This document shows positions 61,978-64,000 of a stretch of DNA of 64,000 nt, one piece after another. The first letter of the stretch is position 1. Every line of letters begins with the position of its first letter. The notes beneath the pieces were generated by a model. It saw nothing but the letters and a program-made list of their open reading frames with translations, had not been told where the DNA came from and searched no databases. The stretch comes from Candidatus Obscuribacterales bacterium (lineage in GTDB: Bacteria > Cyanobacteriota > Vampirovibrionia > Obscuribacterales > Obscuribacteraceae): assembly GCA_965228855.1 (NCBI GenBank), contig CBDDIJ010000002.1, positions 256,001 to 320,000 on the forward strand, given 5' to 3'. A program made the position numbers and the translations under genes.

Positions 61978-62544
61978 CTACTATAAGTTTTGGTATTACT
62001 CCATTTCGCCCGAAGCCCACCCCAGCATAGCTTTCAAGGCTTGCATAGCATCGAGCCCTCCTGAATTTTTCCGATTTGTCTACGACTCGTTGACGGATCT
62101 CGCGAATTCCGGCAACGAGGCGTAGACAACGTCCTTCGCTCTGAGCCCGAAGTCATCCGAACAGATGCTCCGATCAAAACGCTGCAAATTTGATTGCAGG
62201 TTTCGAACAAAATGCTGCAAACCAATTTGCAGGTCCTTTCGCTCTGAGCCCGAAGTCATCCGAACAGGTGCTCCGATCAAGACGCTGCAAATTTGATTGC
62301 AGGTTTCGAACAAAATGCTGCAAACCAATTTGCAGGTCCTTCGTTCTGAGCCCGAAGTCCTCCGAACAGGATACGATCAATCGACTAATTCGGCTGTCTA
62401 CGCCAGAGCGACGGAATTCGCGAGATCCGTCAACGAGTCGTAGACAAAGCCGCTATTGGGGAGCCGGAAAGATGCAAACAAGGTCCGTAGAACCGCCGGT
62501 CACGAGGCATTCGGGGGACAGCGACAAACTGTCTTGTATAGTAG
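61978..62544. repeat. Composite site 11: box B, twin-A, 102-103 bp tandem repeat, inverted twin-A, inverted box B
   Basis: CTACTATAAGTTTTGGTA at 61978; 52-bp elements 62077-62128 and 62395-62446; tandem units at 62131, 62233, 62336; AACTGTCTTGTATAGTAG ending at 62544; offsets 99 and 98. Confidence 0.92.
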
Positions 62545-62831
62545 TAAAACGAGGCAAGGTTAGCGCGAGCTCATCTAGCGCTTATTTTCGTATTTACGCC
62601 CATAAGCATAAGAGTTCGCGCATGCATTACATTCCAAACTCATGAGCTTTTAGCTAGGTTCTAAGCATCTATTTCAACCCATCGCCGCGCGATAAAGGAC
62701 TAAACCTCCTTCAAGTTTTGAAAGAACGACAGTCGCAACAAATCAAAGCTGTTTGAGAGAAATCTTCGACGGTTGGTTTGGCACGGTTTGAAACGGATTT
62801 TTTGGTTCCACTAACCAGAAAGGAGTACAAG

Positions 62832-64000
62832 ATGGCAACCGACGAATTGCCTTCCGACCTCCTGCAGCAAGCCCGAGAACTCTCTCAAGATGCGCTTGTC
62901 GTTCCCGACAGCGTCGAGGGTTTGGCTCATAAGCTGCTGCAGGCACGTCAGGAGGGCAGACCTCTTCGGGTGAAGCTTGGTGTCGACCCGACGTCGGCTC
63001 ACCTGCACCTGGGTCATGCAGTCGTGGGGCGCGCATTGCGTCGCTTCATGGAGCGTGGACATCAGGTGGTGATTCTCATCGGCGGTTTCACCGCGCGGAT
63101 CGGCGACCCCACCGGTCGCAACGCTACGCGCCCGAAACTCACCGCAGACGAAGTGGCGCAAAACGCCACCAACTTCCTCGCGCAACTGCGTCGCGTCCTG
63201 GATGTCGACAAAGTCGAGGTGGTCAACAACGCCAGTTGGTTCGACACGATGTCTCTCCCCGAACTCCTCGAGCTCGCCGGAAGACTGACAGTCAATCAGC
63301 TTCTCGCCAAGGACGACTTCCGCACCAGAATCGCCAACGGCGACTCGCTCGCATTGCACGAGTTTCTCTACCCGGCGCTGCAGGGCTTCGATTCCGTCCA
63401 GGTCCGGGCGGATGTCGAACTCGGCGGCACCGATCAGCGCTTCAATCTCCTGATGGCCAGGCAGATTCAGCCGTCCTTCGGTCAGGAACCGCAGGTCGCG
63501 ATGATGCTGCCGATTCTCGAAGGCATCGATGGAAAGCGCAAGATGTCGAAGTCGTTCGGCAACGCGATTGCCCTGGACGACACCGCCGACGACATTGTCG
63601 CAAAGTGCATGCGCATTCCCGACGATGTCGTGCTCAAGTTCTTCACGTTGGCGACCAACATGACGAGCGACGAGGTCGAGGCGGAGAGAGCGATTCTCGC
63701 AAGCGGCGGCAATCCCAAGGATGCGAAAGAGCGCCTCGCTCGACGCATCGCGACGGAACTGCAAAGCGCTGACGCAGCCGAGACAGCAATCGCCGCATGG
63801 CAGAAGGTGCACAGCCTGCGCGAGCTTCCGGACACCATGCCGGAGCGCGTTCAGGTCGAGCCCATCGGTCTCGTCAAACTGCTCGTCGAGAGCGGCATGG
63901 CAGAGAGCAACACCAAAGCTCGCCGCCTGATCACCGACGGCGCCGTCAAACTCGACGGCGAGAAGGAAATGAACGTCGAGCGAGTCCTGGAGCCGATTGC
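62832..64000 (+). CDS. tyrS: Tyrosine--tRNA ligase, truncated by the window edge
   Basis: AAGGAG RBS; manual translation KLGVDPTSAHLHLGH (HIGH), IGDPTGR, YPALQGFDS, ELGGTDQRFN, KMSKS, start of S4-like domain. Confidence 0.96.
   Translation, partial: MATDELPSDLLQQARELSQDALVVPDSVEGLAHKLLQARQEGRPLRVKLGVDPTSAHLHLGHAVVGRALRRFMERGHQVVILIGGFTARIGDPTGRNATRPKLTADEVAQNATNFLAQLRRVLDVDKVEVVNNASWFDTMSLPELLELAGRLTVNQLLAKDDFRTRIANGDSLALHEFLYPALQGFDSVQVRADVELGGTDQRFNLLMARQIQPSFGQEPQVAMMLPILEGIDGKRKMSKSFGNAIALDDTADDIVAKCMRIPDDVVLKFFTLATNMTSDEVEAERAILASGGNPKDAKERLARRIATELQSADAAETAIAAWQKVHSLRELPDTMPERVQVEPIGLVKLLVESGMAESNTKARRLITDGAVKLDGEKEMNVERVLEPI

Noticed and set aside
10903..62544. Classical integron attC sites
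   Set aside because: No RYYYAAC...GTTRRRY ends, sites follow multi-gene units on both strands rather than single co-oriented cassettes, and no intI is visible.
62545..62831. T-box riboswitch before tyrS
   Set aside because: No GGTGGNACC T-box sequence or convincing terminator/antiterminator pair.

Overview
Bacterial chromosomal window of moderate to high GC with about 50 protein-coding genes. I found no rRNA, tRNA, CRISPR array, transposase or integrase. Recognisable genes: an alpha-glucan catabolic trio (malQ, a GH14 beta-amylase, glgX), a bacteriophytochrome photosensory module with no output domain, a proteolysis operon (two S41 peptidases, M16 peptidase, pepP, PLD/Nuc protein), folC, a class I aminotransferase and tyrS (cut by the window edge). 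These are interleaved with many accessory genes and local paralog expansions (LemA-like x2, MORN-like x3, TPR-like x3). The gene content is reminiscent of non-photosynthetic cyanobacterial relatives such as Obscuribacterales, but that is an unverified impression. The most striking signal is non-coding. At 11 intergenic loci, mostly at 3' ends of transcription units, a multi-part DNA site recurs: a terminator-like hairpin, then about 12-22 nt later a 17-bp imperfect palindrome TACTA-N7-TAGTA ('box B', 22 copies), then a fixed-length 52-bp element made of two GTCTA-N7-TAGAC-type palindromes 33 bp apart ('twin-A', 15 copies). The box B to twin-A offset takes only the values 74-75, 86-87, 96-100 or 110 bp, although the intervening DNA is not conserved. 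This geometry suggests a phased nucleoprotein site, possibly for site-specific recombination of gene modules or for chromosome/transcription organisation. The cognate protein is not evident in this window. All coordinates were counted by hand.
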